NCBI GenBank assembly: GCA_963726245.1 | Contig: CAVSBT010000015.1 | Location: 128,001 to 192,000 of the forward strand | Source of the DNA: an uncultured Chloroflexia bacterium | Lineage (GTDB): Bacteria; Chloroflexota; Dehalococcoidia; DSTF01; JALHUB01 | Reading direction: 5' to 3' | DNA: 64,000 bases | Shown: positions 30,857-41,776 of the stretch, piece after piece | Position numbering within the stretch: position 1 is the stretch's first letter | Layout: each line of letters opens with the position of its first letter | Program-made: the position numbers and the translations under genes | Notes under the pieces: model-generated | The model's input: only the letters and a program-made list of their open reading frames with translations | The model's database searches: none | What the model was told of the DNA's origin: nothing

Positions 30857-32086
30857 TCAGCGGGAGAGTTGATACTGTTTCCCCTCGGTCTTGATGGACG
30901 GGGCGACGACGAGCTCTACCTTCTGGAAGTCGCGGATGGTGCGGGCGCCGCAGACCCCCATGGCGGTGCGCAATGCCCCCACCAGGTTCTCGGTGCCGTC
31001 GGTGCGGGAGGTCGGGCCGAAGAGCGCTCGCTGGAGCGTGGTGGTGACGCCCACCGTGACCCGCGTCCCTCGCGGCAGCTCCGCATGCGGCGTGGCCATG
31101 CCCCAGTGGTGGCCGTGACCAGGCGCCTCCACCGTGCCGGCCAGTATGGAGCCCAGCATCACGGCGTCGGCGCCGGAGGCGAAGGCCTTGCACATGTCGC
31201 CCGTCGTCACGATACCGCCGTCGGTGATGATCGGCACGTAGCGGCCGCGCTCCTGGTAGTACTGGTCGCGGGCGGCGGCGCAGTCGATAGTGGCAGTGAC
31301 CTGAGGCACGCCGATGCCGAGCACCTCGCGCGTCGTGCAGGCGGCGCCCGGCCCCACGCCGACCAGGACGGCGGCCACGCCCGCCTCCATGAGCTCCTTG
31401 CAGACCCCGTAGCTGACCGTGTTGCCTACCACCACCGGCACCGGCATCACCCGCACAAGGTTCTCGAAGTTGAGCCCGGTGGGGCTTCGGGAGACGTGGC
31501 GCGGCGAGGTCACTGTCGACTGGACGACGAAAACGTCGACCCCCGCTTCAACGGCCAGCGGCGCGAACCGCTTGGTGTTGGCGGGGGTGCAGGACACGGC
31601 GCACAGGCCCCCCCGGGCCTTGATATCCCTTACCCGCGCCCCGATCAGCTCTTGCCGTATGGGCTCGGAGTAGACCTTCTGGAGGAGGGCGGTGACCTGG
31701 CTCTTGGGCGCCGCCGCGATCTCCTCTAGAATGGCCGCGGGGTCGTCGTAGCGCGTCTGGACGCCCTCCAGGTTGAGGACCGCCAGCCCTCCCAGCTTCT
31801 GGAAGTCGACGGCGAAGCGGGTGTCCACCACACCGTCCATAGCCGCGGCCAGGAAGGGGAGCGGGAGCTGCAGGTCGCCAATGGAGAACGAGACGTCGGT
31901 CAGTTCAGGGTTGAGAGTCGTGGCGCCGGGGACGATGGCCACCTCGTCGAAGCCGTAGGCGCGGCGCATGACCTTGGCGCCGGGGGGCGCCTCGACCGGT
32001 ATGAGGCGCCGGAAGAGGTTGGGGACCGCCTCGTCTCGGTGTAGACTCACACCGGCGGATGGCTCATTTGGCTCGATGTCGCTCAT
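30857..32086 (-). CDS. guaB3: GuaB3 family IMP dehydrogenase-related protein
   Basis: [45 protein letters not shown]. Confidence 0.9.
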   Translation of the reverse strand: MSDIEPNEPSAGVSLHRDEAVPNLFRRLIPVEAPPGAKVMRRAYGFDEVAIVPGATTLNPELTDVSFSIGDLQLPLPFLAAAMDGVVDTRFAVDFQKLGGLAVLNLEGVQTRYDDPAAILEEIAAAPKSQVTALLQKVYSEPIRQELIGARVRDIKARGGLCAVSCTPANTKRFAPLAVEAGVDVFVVQSTVTSPRHVSRSPTGLNFENLVRVMPVPVVVGNTVSYGVCKELMEAGVAAVLVGVGPGAACTTREVLGIGVPQVTATIDCAAARDQYYQERGRYVPIITDGGIVTTGDMCKAFASGADAVMLGSILAGTVEAPGHGHHWGMATPHAELPRGTRVTVGVTTTLQRALFGPTSRTDGTENLVGALRTAMGVCGARTIRDFQKVELVVAPSIKTEGKQYQLSR

Positions 32087-32260
32087 TACGGCAGGGCCTC
32101 CTTTGCTAGACGCTTAACCACCCTACCGCTGGTGATTTGAAAAAAGTATATCGAAGTGAGCAAGCCCGCGTCAACGGTGATAGGGCTAGGCCGAATCCGG
32201 GGGAGCGAAAAAGTTGATGGGATCGGGCAATTTGACAATAACGCTTACTTGGGCCGTGAC

Positions 32261-33080
32261 ATGGGCAGCCTCTATCTAGTATCGACACCTATCGGAAACC
32301 TGGAAGACGTGACCCTGCGCGCCCTGCGCGTCCTTCGCGAGGTCTCACTCATCGCCGCCGAGGATACGCGCACCACACGCAAGCTCCTCTCGCACTACGA
32401 CATCCACACCCCGCTGACCAGCTACAACGAGCACAACAGCCGGGCCAAGACGCCGCGTCTGCTGGAGTCCCTGGCGGCGGGCGACGTGGCGCTCGTCTCC
32501 GAGGCCGGCACGCCCGCCATCAGCGACCCCGGCCAGCACCTGGTGGCCGCCGCCTGGGAGGCCGGCGTCCGGGTGGTGCCGGTGCCGGGCCCGTCGGTGC
32601 TGACGGCTGCCCTGTCGGCCTCCGGCCTCTCGACGCGGCGTTTTCTCTACCTGGGCTTTCCGCCAAGGCGGACGGGCGCCCTGCGCAGGCTGCTGCGCTC
32701 CGTCAGCGACTTCCCGGAGACGCTGATCGCCTTCGAGGCGCCGCATCGCCTGCGGGCAACCCTGGCTGTCATGCGGGAGGAGCTGGGGGATCGCCAGGCC
32801 GCCATCTGCCGCGAGCTTACCAAGGTGCACGAGGAGGTCTTTCGAGGCCGGCTAGCGGAGGCGGAGGAGCATTTCCTGGAGCCGCGCGGCGAGTTCACGC
32901 TGGTCATCGAGGGGCGCCCGGAGGAGACAGAGGCTGCGGATGTCCCCGCCGACCTGCTCGCCGAGATAGCAGCGTTTGCGTGCCGGCGGCGTCCCTGCCC
33001 GCGAGGCGCTGCCGGCGCTCTCTGCCCGCTTCGGTTTGCCCCGCCGGCAGCTCTACCGTCTCTGGCTGGAGGCGAAGTGA
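32261..33080 (+). CDS. rsmI: 16S rRNA C1402 2'-O-methyltransferase (frameshift near 32972)
   Basis: STPIGNLED, AEDTR, SEAGTPAISDPG, RELTKVHEE, PRGEF. Confidence 0.95.
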
Positions 33081-33140
33081 ATCGTGTCACAGGCGAGGCC
33101 TGTGGTAGAATGGGGTAACTTCGGCTCGGAAAGAGGACTG

Positions 33141-34848
33141 GTGGCGGAAAAGACCCTCGTCGCTGTAGCCTGGCCTTACGCCAACGGCCCCCTCCATACG
33201 GGCCAGATCGTCAGTAGCCAGCTTCCGGCCGATATCCTCGCCCGCTACTGCCGCGCCCGCGGCGACCGTGTGCTAATGGTCTCCGGCAGCGACCAGCACG
33301 GCACGCCCATCACCGTACGCGCCGAACAGGAGGGGAGCTCCCCTCTTGAGGTAGCCTCCCGCTACCACGAGGACTTCCTGGAGACGTGGCGGCTGATGGG
33401 CATTAGCTGGGACCTCTACACTACGACCAGCACCGAGAACCACGCCCGCGTCACCCACGACATCTTCCTGCGCCTGCTCGAGAACGACTACATCTACAAG
33501 GACAGCATGTCCCTCCCGTACTGTCTGCGCGACACCCGCTTCCTGCCCGACCGCTACGTCGAGGGCACCTGCCCCCACTGCGGCTACGACGGCGCCCGCG
33601 GCGACCAGTGCGACAACTGCGGCAAGACGCTCGACCCGCAGGAGCTCGTCGACCCGCGCTGCAAGCTCTGCGGCGACCGCCCTGAGTTCAGGGAGACAGA
33701 GCACTTCTTTCTCCGGCTGGGCGCCTTCACGGAGCGCCTGCGAGAGTGGGTAACGCCCAAGGACTACTGGCGCAAGCACGTCCTCAACTTCACGCTGGGC
33801 CTGCTCAATGAGGGCCTGCACGACCGCGCCATCACCCGCGACATCGACTGGGGGGTGACCGTGCCGGTGCCCGGCTACGAGAATAAGCGCATCTACGTCT
33901 GGTTCGAGGCGGTCATCGGCTACCTGTCGGCCTCCAAGGAGTGGGGGCAGCTCCACGGTCAGCCGGAGGCCTGGCGGGACTTCTGGGAGGACCCAGCAGT
34001 GCCGCGCCTACTACTTCCTGGGCAAGGACAACATCCCCTTCCACACCATCATCTGGCCCGCGATGCTCATGGGCTACGGCGGCCTCAACCTCCCCTACGA
34101 CGTGCCGGCGACCCAGTACCTGATGGTCCGGGGCGCCAAGGCCTCGACCAGCCGCGGCCTCGCCATCTGGGTCAACGACTTCCTGTCGCGGTACGACGCC
34201 GATGCTCTGCGCTACTGCCTGGCCGCCGGCATGCCAGAGAGTTCCGACACCGACTTCACCTGGTCCGAGTTCCTGCGACGCAACAACGACGAGCTGGTCG
34301 CGACCTGGGGTAACCTGGTGCACCGCGTGCTCACCTTCACCCATCGCCACTTCGACGAGCAGGTGCCCGACCCGGGCGAGCTGGACGATGCCGCGCGCGG
34401 CCTCTTGCAGCGCGCCGAGGCCGCCCTGGCCGAGGCCGGCGAGCACATCTCGGCCTGCCACTTCCGGGCCGGGCTGGGGTCGGCGCTGGCCCTGGCCCAG
34501 GAGGCGAACCGCTACCTGGACGAGCAGGCTCCCTGGCGCACCATCAGCCAGGACCGTCAGGCGGCGGGCCGCTCGCTCTACGTGACCATCGGCGTCATCA
34601 ACACGCTGAAGACGGCCCTCTACCCCTATCTGCCATTCTCCAGCCAGCGCCTGCACGGCTTCCTGGGCTACGAAGGCACCATCCAGGACGCAGGCTGGCG
34701 CTTCGAGGTGCCGCGGCCGGGCCAGAGGCTCCTGCAGCCGGAGGCGCTCTTCAAGAAGCTGGACCCGAGCATCGTTGATGAGGAGGAAGCCCGCCTTTTC
34801 CCCGGTCAGGCCGGCGTTTCCGCCACCGAGAGCGCTGCCGGCCCGTGA
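33141..34848 (+). CDS. metG: Methionyl-tRNA synthetase, short form (frameshift near 34003)
   Basis: WPYANG, GSDQHG, Zn knuckles, YVWFEA, GKDNIPFH, NNDELVATWGN. Confidence 0.95.
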
Positions 34849-35684
34849 CAGGACTGATCGATACCCACACCCATCTCCAGCTCAGGGAGTTCGACAGGGA
34901 CCGGAAGGCGACCCTGGAGCGAGCCTGGCAGGCCGGGCTCGACGCGATGGTGGTGCTCGGCATCGATACCGCCAGCAGCGAGGCCGCCATCGCCCTGGCC
35001 GAGGCGGACCACCGCGTGTATGCTGCGGTCGGGTGGCACCCTCACACGGCCGCTGGTTTCGACCAGCGGGGCCAGCGCCGCCTGCGGGAGCTCACGCAGC
35101 ACCCCCGGGTGGTGGCCGTGGGCGAGATCGGGCTCGACTTCTATCGCAACCTGTCGCCGCGGGAGGATCAGGTGCGGGTGCTGGAGGAGCAGCTCGCCTT
35201 GGCCGCCGAGTGCCGGCTGCCCGTCGCCGTGCATTGCCGCAACGCCCAGAAGGAGATGTACCCGATTCTGGAGCGCTGGGCAAAGAATGCGCGCCCCCTC
35301 TTCGGAGAGGGCCGGCCCCTGGGAGTCATGCACTACTTCAGCGGCGACCTGGAGCTGGCCCGCCGCTACGTCGACATGGGCTTCCTGATCTCCGTTCACA
35401 CCTGTGTGACGTACCCCACGTCGGGCGAGCTGCGAAAGGTGGCGGCCGCGCTTGACATAACCAAGCTGGTCTTCGAGACGGACAGCCCTTACGGCGCGCC
35501 GCAGTCCAAACGGGGGCGTCGCAATGAGCCGGCCTACGTCGCTGAGGCGGCGACGCTCGTGGCTGAGCTGCGTGGCCTGACTGTTGAGGCGGTGGCATTG
35601 GAGAGCGGGAGGAACGCCTCGCGGCTGTTCGGGCTGACGACGGCCCGGGCGGGGGCTGCCAGCGCAGGGGGAAGCGCATGCTGA
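34845..35684 (+). CDS. TatD family deoxyribonuclease
   Basis: DTHTH, GWHPH, GEIGLD, VHCR, ETDSPY, RNEP. Confidence 0.92.
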   Translation: MTGLIDTHTHLQLREFDRDRKATLERAWQAGLDAMVVLGIDTASSEAAIALAEADHRVYAAVGWHPHTAAGFDQRGQRRLRELTQHPRVVAVGEIGLDFYRNLSPREDQVRVLEEQLALAAECRLPVAVHCRNAQKEMYPILERWAKNARPLFGEGRPLGVMHYFSGDLELARRYVDMGFLISVHTCVTYPTSGELRKVAAALDITKLVFETDSPYGAPQSKRGRRNEPAYVAEAATLVAELRGLTVEAVALESGRNASRLFGLTTARAGAASAGGSAC

Positions 35685-36650
35685 GGACCGTGTCCATTCA
35701 GGCCGCGATCCAGGACGAGCTGGCCCAGGTCGAGGAGACGCTCCAGGCTATCAAGCGCGTTGACTTCGCTGAGCTGTCGGAGATGCTCGACCACGTGCTG
35801 GCGTCCTTCGGGCAAGATGCTCCGTCCCAGCATTGCTCTGCTGGCCGGCAAGTTCAACGACAACCACCGTCAGGAGCTGCTGGTGCCGTTAGCTGCCTCC
35901 ATCGAGCTACTGCACACGGCGACGCTGGTCCATGACGACGTCATCGACCGAGCCAGCACGCGCCGGGGGCGGCCGACGGCCAACAGCCTCTTCGACAACT
36001 CGATCTCCGTCATGTTGGGGGACTACATGTTCGCTCACGCCGCCGACCTGGCGGCCCGCACCGGCAGCATAGAGGTGGTGCGGATGTTCTCTCGCACCCT
36101 CCTCGCCATGGCCCGCGGCGAGTTGGAGCAGGACATGACGGCCTACGACTACGGCCAGACCACCCGCCAGTACTTCCAGCGCATCGCCAGCAAGACGGCT
36201 TCTCTCTTCGCTGCCGCCGCTGAGGGCGGGGCCCTCGTCTCGGCGGCGCCGGATGCCTGGCGCGTGGCTCTGCAGGACTACGGCGAGAGCGTGGGCATGG
36301 CCTTCCAGATCGTCGACGATATCCTGGACTTCAGCGGCGACGAGGTCGAGATGGGGAAGCCTGTCGGCAGCGATCTGCTCCAGGGTACCCTGACGCTGCC
36401 GTCCCTCCTCCTGATGGAGCGCTACCCGCGCGACAACCCCGTGAAGCGCTTCTTCCGCCACCGGCGCAGCCCGCGCCATCTGGCCGAGGCCGTGGAGACT
36501 GTCGTCAGCTCCGGCATCCTCGACGAATGCCAGCGGGTGGCCGGCGACTTCCGCGACCGGGCACACGCCGCCCTCGAGATTCTCCCCGCCAGCGAGGCCC
36601 GCGAGTCGCTGGCGGAGATTGCCGACTACGTGCTGGAGCGCAGGGCCTGA
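35678..36650 (+). CDS. Polyprenyl diphosphate synthase (frameshift near 35806)
   Basis: GKMLRP, ELLHTATLVHDDVID, KTASLF, FQIVDDILD. Confidence 0.92.
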
Positions 36651-36656
36651 GAGCCC

Positions 36657-36730
36657 TGGAACCTTGGAACCCGGGAACCTTCGAACCTTGGGGCTTCTAG
36701 GTTCCAAGGTTCTTAAGTTCTAAGGTTCCA
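36657..36730. repeat. Octamer tandem-repeat palindrome, GGAACCTT-like x4 then AAGGTTCC-like x4
   Basis: ggaacctt ggaacccg ggaacctt cgaacctt ... taggttcc aaggttct taagttct aaggttcc between convergent genes. Confidence 0.85.
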
Positions 36731-36734
36731 GACG

Positions 36735-37091
36735 TCAACTCCTCCTCTCCTCCTTCTCGCGGAGGACCTTCTTCTCCTTCTCGTCCGCCAGCTCCCCCCT
36801 GGTCTTCTTGGGGGGCGGCACTGGCTTGTTGATCTCCGGGTGCTCGTTCATGCGCGCCGGGCCCCGAGCCAGCGACCGCACCTCCTTGCCCAGGTGCCAG
36901 TAGGTGCCTTTGTCGGGGATGCGGCGAGGGTAGCCGTCGCGGAGGGTGAAGGCCATGAAGGAGGTGGGCATGATGCGCTGTCCATCGCGGTCGCAGATGG
37001 GGCAGGGCTGCGGGTAGGAGGCCTCGCGCATCGATCGCAGCGCCTCGAAGATGCCGTCGCAGTGCCGGCAGTAGTACTCATAGACGGGCAC
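36735..37091 (-). CDS. FmdB family zinc-ribbon protein
   Basis: MPVYEYYCxxC ... CPIC. Confidence 0.85.
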   Translation of the reverse strand: MPVYEYYCRHCDGIFEALRSMREASYPQPCPICDRDGQRIMPTSFMAFTLRDGYPRRIPDKGTYWHLGKEVRSLARGPARMNEHPEINKPVPPPKKTRGELADEKEKKVLREKEERRS

Positions 37092-37153
37092 AGCGGTTCA
37101 CCTCCTGCGACAGCCCGGCTCTGCGAAGTGCGAGGCGCCCAGCCGGCCGGGGG

Positions 37154-37636
37154 TTAGTCTGCGTACGCTCCCTCTAACCGGTGGTCATGGTCATCATAGT
37201 TGGGAAGAGTCCGCTCGTATTCTTCGGTCATCAGTGGCGATGAGACCATGAAGTCAGCGGAAGCTCGGTTGCAGGCCACCGGGATGTTCCACACCACGGC
37301 GATCCGCAGGAGGGCTTTCACGTCTGGATCGTGCGGCTGCGGTTCGAGAGGGTCCCAGAAGAAGATCAGAAGATCGATGTCCCCTTCTGCGATCTTGGCT
37401 CCGATCTGCTGGTCACCGCCCAGCGGCCCGCTTTGGAGTTTGACAACCTCGAAATCGAGCTCCTCCTCCAGCAGTGTGCCGGTTGTTCCTGTCGCGCAAA
37501 GCTCGTGCTCGTCCAGCAGGTCCCTGTTGTACTTCGCCCACTCCAGGAGATCACGCTTCTTGTTGTCGTGCGCTACGAGGGCGATCCTCTTCTTCTTCTT
37601 TGGCACCAGCTCGTCATCTTCCATATCTTCCTTCAT
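37154..37636 (-). CDS. mgsA: Methylglyoxal synthase
   Basis: [38 protein letters not shown]. Confidence 0.96.
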   Translation of the reverse strand: MKEDMEDDELVPKKKKRIALVAHDNKKRDLLEWAKYNRDLLDEHELCATGTTGTLLEEELDFEVVKLQSGPLGGDQQIGAKIAEGDIDLLIFFWDPLEPQPHDPDVKALLRIAVVWNIPVACNRASADFMVSSPLMTEEYERTLPNYDDHDHRLEGAYAD

Positions 37637-37750
37637 CCTCCTTCCCTCCACGTCAAGGGCAGGCCGCACCTGGCTCATGCCGTGACTCACTAGTATATAC
37701 GTTTCAGGCGCCGCGGGGGGCTCGAGGCAAGGATCTGTCCTGGCAACGCC

Positions 37751-38524
37751 TTACTTGCGGACAGCCTTCCGCCGCCGCAGCGTGTCGAGGAAGGCGGCCG
37801 AGCGCAGGTCTCGCTCCAGCAGGTAGCGGATGTACTCCCGCAGGTGCTGCTCCAGCTCCTGGGCCAGCGCCCCTGCTATCCGCACCCGCGCGGCGTCGCC
37901 GAAGCCGCCTCGTTGGAGCGCCCGCAGCACCTTGAGAGCGCTCAACGACAGCTCGCGCGACAGGGGCTCGCCGGCCGCGCAGGCCGGGCAGAGCACCCCA
38001 CCGCCGGAGGCGCTCCAGAAGTTAGTTGTGGGTTCCAGCGCCGCGCCGCAGGACACGCATCGGTCCAGTTGGGGCCGGTAGCCGAGCTCGTCCAGGAGCT
38101 GCACCTCGAAGTAGCGAAGCACCAGGTCCAGGTCATCGCGGGTCGCCAGGCGGCGGAGCGTCTCCAGTAGGAGCCTGAAGAGAGGGTGGGACTCCTGACG
38201 GTCGGGCGTGAGCCGGTCGACAAGTTCAGCGGCGTAGAGGCCCCGCCCCAGGCGCTCGAGCTCTTCGCGCAGGGGTGTCAGCGGCTCCAGTGTCTCGGCC
38301 TGGGTGACGATGTCCAGTTCGCGGCCCTGGGCGAGAAGCAAGGTGCTGTAGGTGAGCGGTTCGACGTGGCCGGCGAGCTTGCTGGTGGGCCGCCGCACCC
38401 CCTTGGCCACGGCGTCCAGCTTGCCGCGGTCAGCGGTGAACAGCGTCAGGATCTTGTCGGCCTCACCCAGCTTGCGGTGTCGGAGAACGATGGCGGCGGT
38501 CTTGTAGACGCGAGGAGGGGGCAA
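37751..38524 (-). CDS. recO: DNA repair protein RecO
   Basis: GEADKILTLFT, AVAKGVRR, GYRPQLDRC, Zn finger. Confidence 0.94.
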   Translation of the reverse strand: MPPPRVYKTAAIVLRHRKLGEADKILTLFTADRGKLDAVAKGVRRPTSKLAGHVEPLTYSTLLLAQGRELDIVTQAETLEPLTPLREELERLGRGLYAAELVDRLTPDRQESHPLFRLLLETLRRLATRDDLDLVLRYFEVQLLDELGYRPQLDRCVSCGAALEPTTNFWSASGGGVLCPACAAGEPLSRELSLSALKVLRALQRGGFGDAARVRIAGALAQELEQHLREYIRYLLERDLRSAAFLDTLRRRKAVRK

Positions 38525-38526
38525 GA

Positions 38527-38859
38527 CTAGTTCGCTTTGGGTTCGATGACTACTGCTGTTCCGTAGGCCAGGACTTCTGCCAGCCCCGCTACCTCTTCGG
38601 AGTCATATCTCATGCCGATGACGGCGTTGGCGCCCAGGGATTGGGCGTGGGACACCATCTGGTCGAAGGCCTCTTGCCGCGATGTGTCGCACAGTTGAAC
38701 CCAGGCCTTGATGCGCCCCCCGAACAGGCCTCGCAGCCAGGACAGAAACGTCTGTGCCAGGTTCGTCGTCCGCACCGTCAAGCCGCGGACCACGCCGAGG
38801 TACTTCGTGATCCTGTAGCCCTCCACCTCGAGCCCTGTTGTGACCACGATGTCGGCCAT
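38527..38859 (-). CDS. YbjQ/UPF0145 putative heavy-metal-binding protein
   Basis: YLGVVRG, GANAVIGMRYD, AYGTAV. Confidence 0.92.
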   Translation of the reverse strand: MADIVVTTGLEVEGYRITKYLGVVRGLTVRTTNLAQTFLSWLRGLFGGRIKAWVQLCDTSRQEAFDQMVSHAQSLGANAVIGMRYDSEEVAGLAEVLAYGTAVVIEPKAN

Positions 38860-38880
38860 GTGAGGGGTCTCCTTTCCGGC

Positions 38881-39492
38881 CTATACCTCCTGCCTGCCCT
38901 CCAGGGCGCGGGCCAGGGTGACGTTGTCGGCATATTCCAGGTCGGCGCCCACAGGAAGGCCGCGGGCCAGGCGGGTCACCTTCACCTCGAGGGGCGAGAT
39001 GAGCCGCGCGATGTACATGGCGGTGGCCTCGCCCTCCAGGTTGGGGTTGGTGGCCATGATCACCTCGCGCACCTCGCCCGAGCGCAGGCGGCTCAGCAGC
39101 TCCTTCACCTTGAGTTCGTCGGGGCCGACGCCGTCCATCGGCGAGATGACGCCGTGCAGCACGTGGTAGAGCCCTCTGTAGGCGCCCGCCCGCTCCAGGG
39201 CCAGGATGTCCAGCGGCTCCTCCACCACGCAGATGGCGCCGTGGTCGCGCTCCGGGTTCGAGCAGATGGCGCAGGGGTCGCTGTCCGCGATGTTCTGGCA
39301 GAGGGAGCAGAGGACGGTCTTCTCCTTGACCTCTGTAATGGCCTCAGCCAGGGCGCGCGCCTCCTCGGCGGGGGCGCGCAGGAGGTGGTAGGTGAGGCGC
39401 TGGGCGCTCTTGGGCCCGATGCCCGGCAGCTTGTGGAACGCTTCGATGAGACGGGCGACGGGGGCCGCCGCCGAGATGACGGGTTCGTTCAA
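38881..39492 (-). CDS. recR: Recombination mediator RecR
   Basis: LPGIGPKSAQR, C4 Zn finger, YHVLHG, EGEATA. Confidence 0.97.
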   Translation of the reverse strand: MNEPVISAAAPVARLIEAFHKLPGIGPKSAQRLTYHLLRAPAEEARALAEAITEVKEKTVLCSLCQNIADSDPCAICSNPERDHGAICVVEEPLDILALERAGAYRGLYHVLHGVISPMDGVGPDELKVKELLSRLRSGEVREVIMATNPNLEGEATAMYIARLISPLEVKVTRLARGLPVGADLEYADNVTLARALEGRQEV

Positions 39493-39522
39493 GGGGGCTC
39501 CTCTCTCCCGCGTGCGACCGGA

Positions 39523-39849
39523 CTAGCGCCCGCCGGGGCCAAAGCCGCCCGGAAGATGCAGACCGCCGGTGAGGCCGGCCATGCTATCGGCCTGGAGGGC
39601 CTGCACCCGCTCCAGGGCCTCGCTGAGAGCGGCCGTCACCAGGTCCTCGAGCATCTCCACGTCTCCGGGGTCCACCACCTCGGGCGCGATCTTCACCGAT
39701 TGCACCCGCAGGCCGCCGGTGACGGCTACGGTGACGGCGCCGCCGCCGGCGCTGCCCTCGACGGACGTGTTGAGAAGCTGCTCCTGGGCTTTGGCAAGCC
39801 GCTCCTGCATCTTCTGCATCTGGCGCATGAGGTCTCGGTTCATGCCCAT
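39523..39849 (-). CDS. ybaB: YbaB/EbfC nucleoid-associated protein
   Basis: GSAGGGAV, DVEMLEDLV; between dnaX and recR. Confidence 0.93.
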   Translation of the reverse strand: MGMNRDLMRQMQKMQERLAKAQEQLLNTSVEGSAGGGAVTVAVTGGLRVQSVKIAPEVVDPGDVEMLEDLVTAALSEALERVQALQADSMAGLTGGLHLPGGFGPGGR

Positions 39850-39858
39850 CGCCGTCTC

Positions 39859-41568
39859 CTATTCCTGCTCAGGGATGATGCGCGCACCCATCTCGCGGGC
39901 GGCCTCCACCAGGTGTCCACCTCGCCGTCCCGAAACCGGCCTTGGCGCTGCCTCGGGCGCATGGATGCAGCGAACGCTCAGGCCCTGGCCTAGCACCTGG
40001 TCTACGGCCTCCTGGAGAGACTTCAGGTTGGAGCCGCCGTCGCCGCTGTTCATGCGCTCCGCCAGCCACTGGTTGCGGAACCCGAAGACGACGGCGTCGT
40101 CCTCCACCTCGACGATGTCGCAGCCGCTGTTGAGGAGCGCCCCGGCCTTGAAGTTGAGCTGCCGCGTAAGGCTGTAGATGTCGCGCCAGCACTCCCTGGC
40201 CTGCTCCAGGGTGAGCGGGCCAGACCGGGCGCGCACGGGTGTCGGCTCTGGCGCCGGCCCGGGCGTGAGCGTTGGCTCCTCGCCGCCCGCTGTTGGCTCG
40301 ACGGCGGCAGCGGCCGGCTTCGGCTTGGATACGGGTGGCGCCGGGGCGGGCGATGCTCGCTCCTCTGTCGAGGCCCAGGCCTCTATGCGGCTGCGCGCCG
40401 GCCTGACGGGCGCGGGGGCTGGCCGCGGGGGCGCCCGGCGGTCGGCCTCGACAGCCTGAGAGGGACGAGGCGCCGGCGCCTCCGCTTCGACGGGGCCGAG
40501 GACGCATTCGGCCAGGGCCAGCTCCAGCGGCAGCGACGACTGCGGATCGGCCCGCAGGTCGGCCTGCCCGAAGGTCTTGAGCGCGCGCAGGATACGATCG
40601 GCGCTCACGCCGGACGCCTGAGCCTTCAGCTCCTCCGCCTGCTCGTGGGTGAGGGACAGGGCGGCCTCGGCGCCGGCCTTGACCAGCAGAAGGTTGCGCA
40701 GGTGCCCGACCACCTCTCGCTGGAACTGGCGCAGGTCGAGGCCGTCGTCACGCACGGAGGCGATGAGCGCCAGCCCGCCCGCCAGGTCGCCCGCAAGGAC
40801 GTGACGCGCCAGTTCGCCGCTACGGGCATCGCCGACGAGGCCCAGACCGGCCTGCACGTTGGCCAGGGTCAGCTTGCGGCCGTGGCCGTCCATGAGCTGT
40901 TCCAGCAGGTTGAGGGCGTCGCGAAGGCTGCCGGTGGCGCTGCGGGCGACGAGATCCAGGCCCTCCTCAGGGCACTTCACCTTCTCCTCGCGGCAGATGC
41001 GCTTCAGGACTTCCACGATGGCCGCCAGCGGTATGCGCCGGAAATCGAAGCGCTGGCAGCGGGAGCCGATGGTGGCCGGCACCTTGTGTGGCTCGGTGGT
41101 GGCGAGGACGAAGATGGCGTGCGGCGGCGGCTCCTCGAGCGTCTTGAGGAGGGCGTTGAAGGCCGGCTCCGTCAGCATGTGCACCTCGTCCACCAGGTAG
41201 AGCTTGTAGCGTGAGGCGGCGGGCGCGAACCCGACCTTGTCGCGCAGGGCGCGGATCTCGTCGATGCCGCGGTTGCTGGCGGCGTCCAGCTCGATGAGGT
41301 CCAACGCGCGCCCCTCCAGGAAGACGCGGCAGGAGTCGCAGGCGTTGCAGGGCTCGCCGTCGTGGGCGTCGGTGCAGTTGACGGCCTTGGCCAGCAGGCG
41401 TCCGCTGGTGGTCTTGCCGGTGCCGCGCGGGCCGGTGAACAGGTAGGCGTGGGCCACCTTGCCGGAGGCGATGGCGTTGGTCAGTGTGCGGGTGATGGGC
41501 TCCTGGCCGGCCACCTCGCCAAAGGTCTGAGGGCGCCACTTGCGGTAGAGGACTTCGCTGGTCAACAC
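39859..41568 (-). CDS. dnaX: DNA polymerase III gamma/tau
   Basis: LYRKWRPQTF, GPRGTGKT, DAASN, DEVHML, SRCQ. Confidence 0.97.
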   Translation of the reverse strand: MLTSEVLYRKWRPQTFGEVAGQEPITRTLTNAIASGKVAHAYLFTGPRGTGKTTSGRLLAKAVNCTDAHDGEPCNACDSCRVFLEGRALDLIELDAASNRGIDEIRALRDKVGFAPAASRYKLYLVDEVHMLTEPAFNALLKTLEEPPPHAIFVLATTEPHKVPATIGSRCQRFDFRRIPLAAIVEVLKRICREEKVKCPEEGLDLVARSATGSLRDALNLLEQLMDGHGRKLTLANVQAGLGLVGDARSGELARHVLAGDLAGGLALIASVRDDGLDLRQFQREVVGHLRNLLLVKAGAEAALSLTHEQAEELKAQASGVSADRILRALKTFGQADLRADPQSSLPLELALAECVLGPVEAEAPAPRPSQAVEADRRAPPRPAPAPVRPARSRIEAWASTEERASPAPAPPVSKPKPAAAAVEPTAGGEEPTLTPGPAPEPTPVRARSGPLTLEQARECWRDIYSLTRQLNFKAGALLNSGCDIVEVEDDAVVFGFRNQWLAERMNSGDGGSNLKSLQEAVDQVLGQGLSVRCIHAPEAAPRPVSGRRGGHLVEAAREMGARIIPEQE

Positions 41569-41653
41569 AACTCCTCAGACAAGAGGCGGCGTAACCACTG
41601 CTGACCGGTGCACCGTCCGCCCTCACCTGCCTTGCGTCGCCATTATAGTGTAG

Positions 41654-41776
41654 GGCTGATCAGCGCAAAAGGCTGCCGACACCGGGGGAGAATCGGCGAC
41701 GGGCTTGCAGAAAACCGTCTCGCGGTGAGACGGTCTTCCGTGGCTTAAACTCTCCTGTGGCAGCGTGCTGTTAGCC
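41654..41776 (+). ncRNA. Candidate structured RNA, family unassigned
   Basis: Nested helices GGCTGA/TTAGCC, CAGCGC/GTGCTG, GCTGCC/GGCAGC, CGGGGGAG/CTCTCCTG, ACCGTCTC/GAGACGGT; TATAGT at 41644-41649 just upstream. Confidence 0.55.

Noticed and set aside
39859-41568. Programmed frameshift in dnaX
   Set aside because: The ORF is continuous and no A-AAA-AAG or poly-A slippery site was seen.
41654-41776. SRP RNA (ffs) or integron attC site
   Set aside because: No SRP domain-IV motif on either strand; the left end is GGCTGAT rather than RYYYAAC and there is no integrase.
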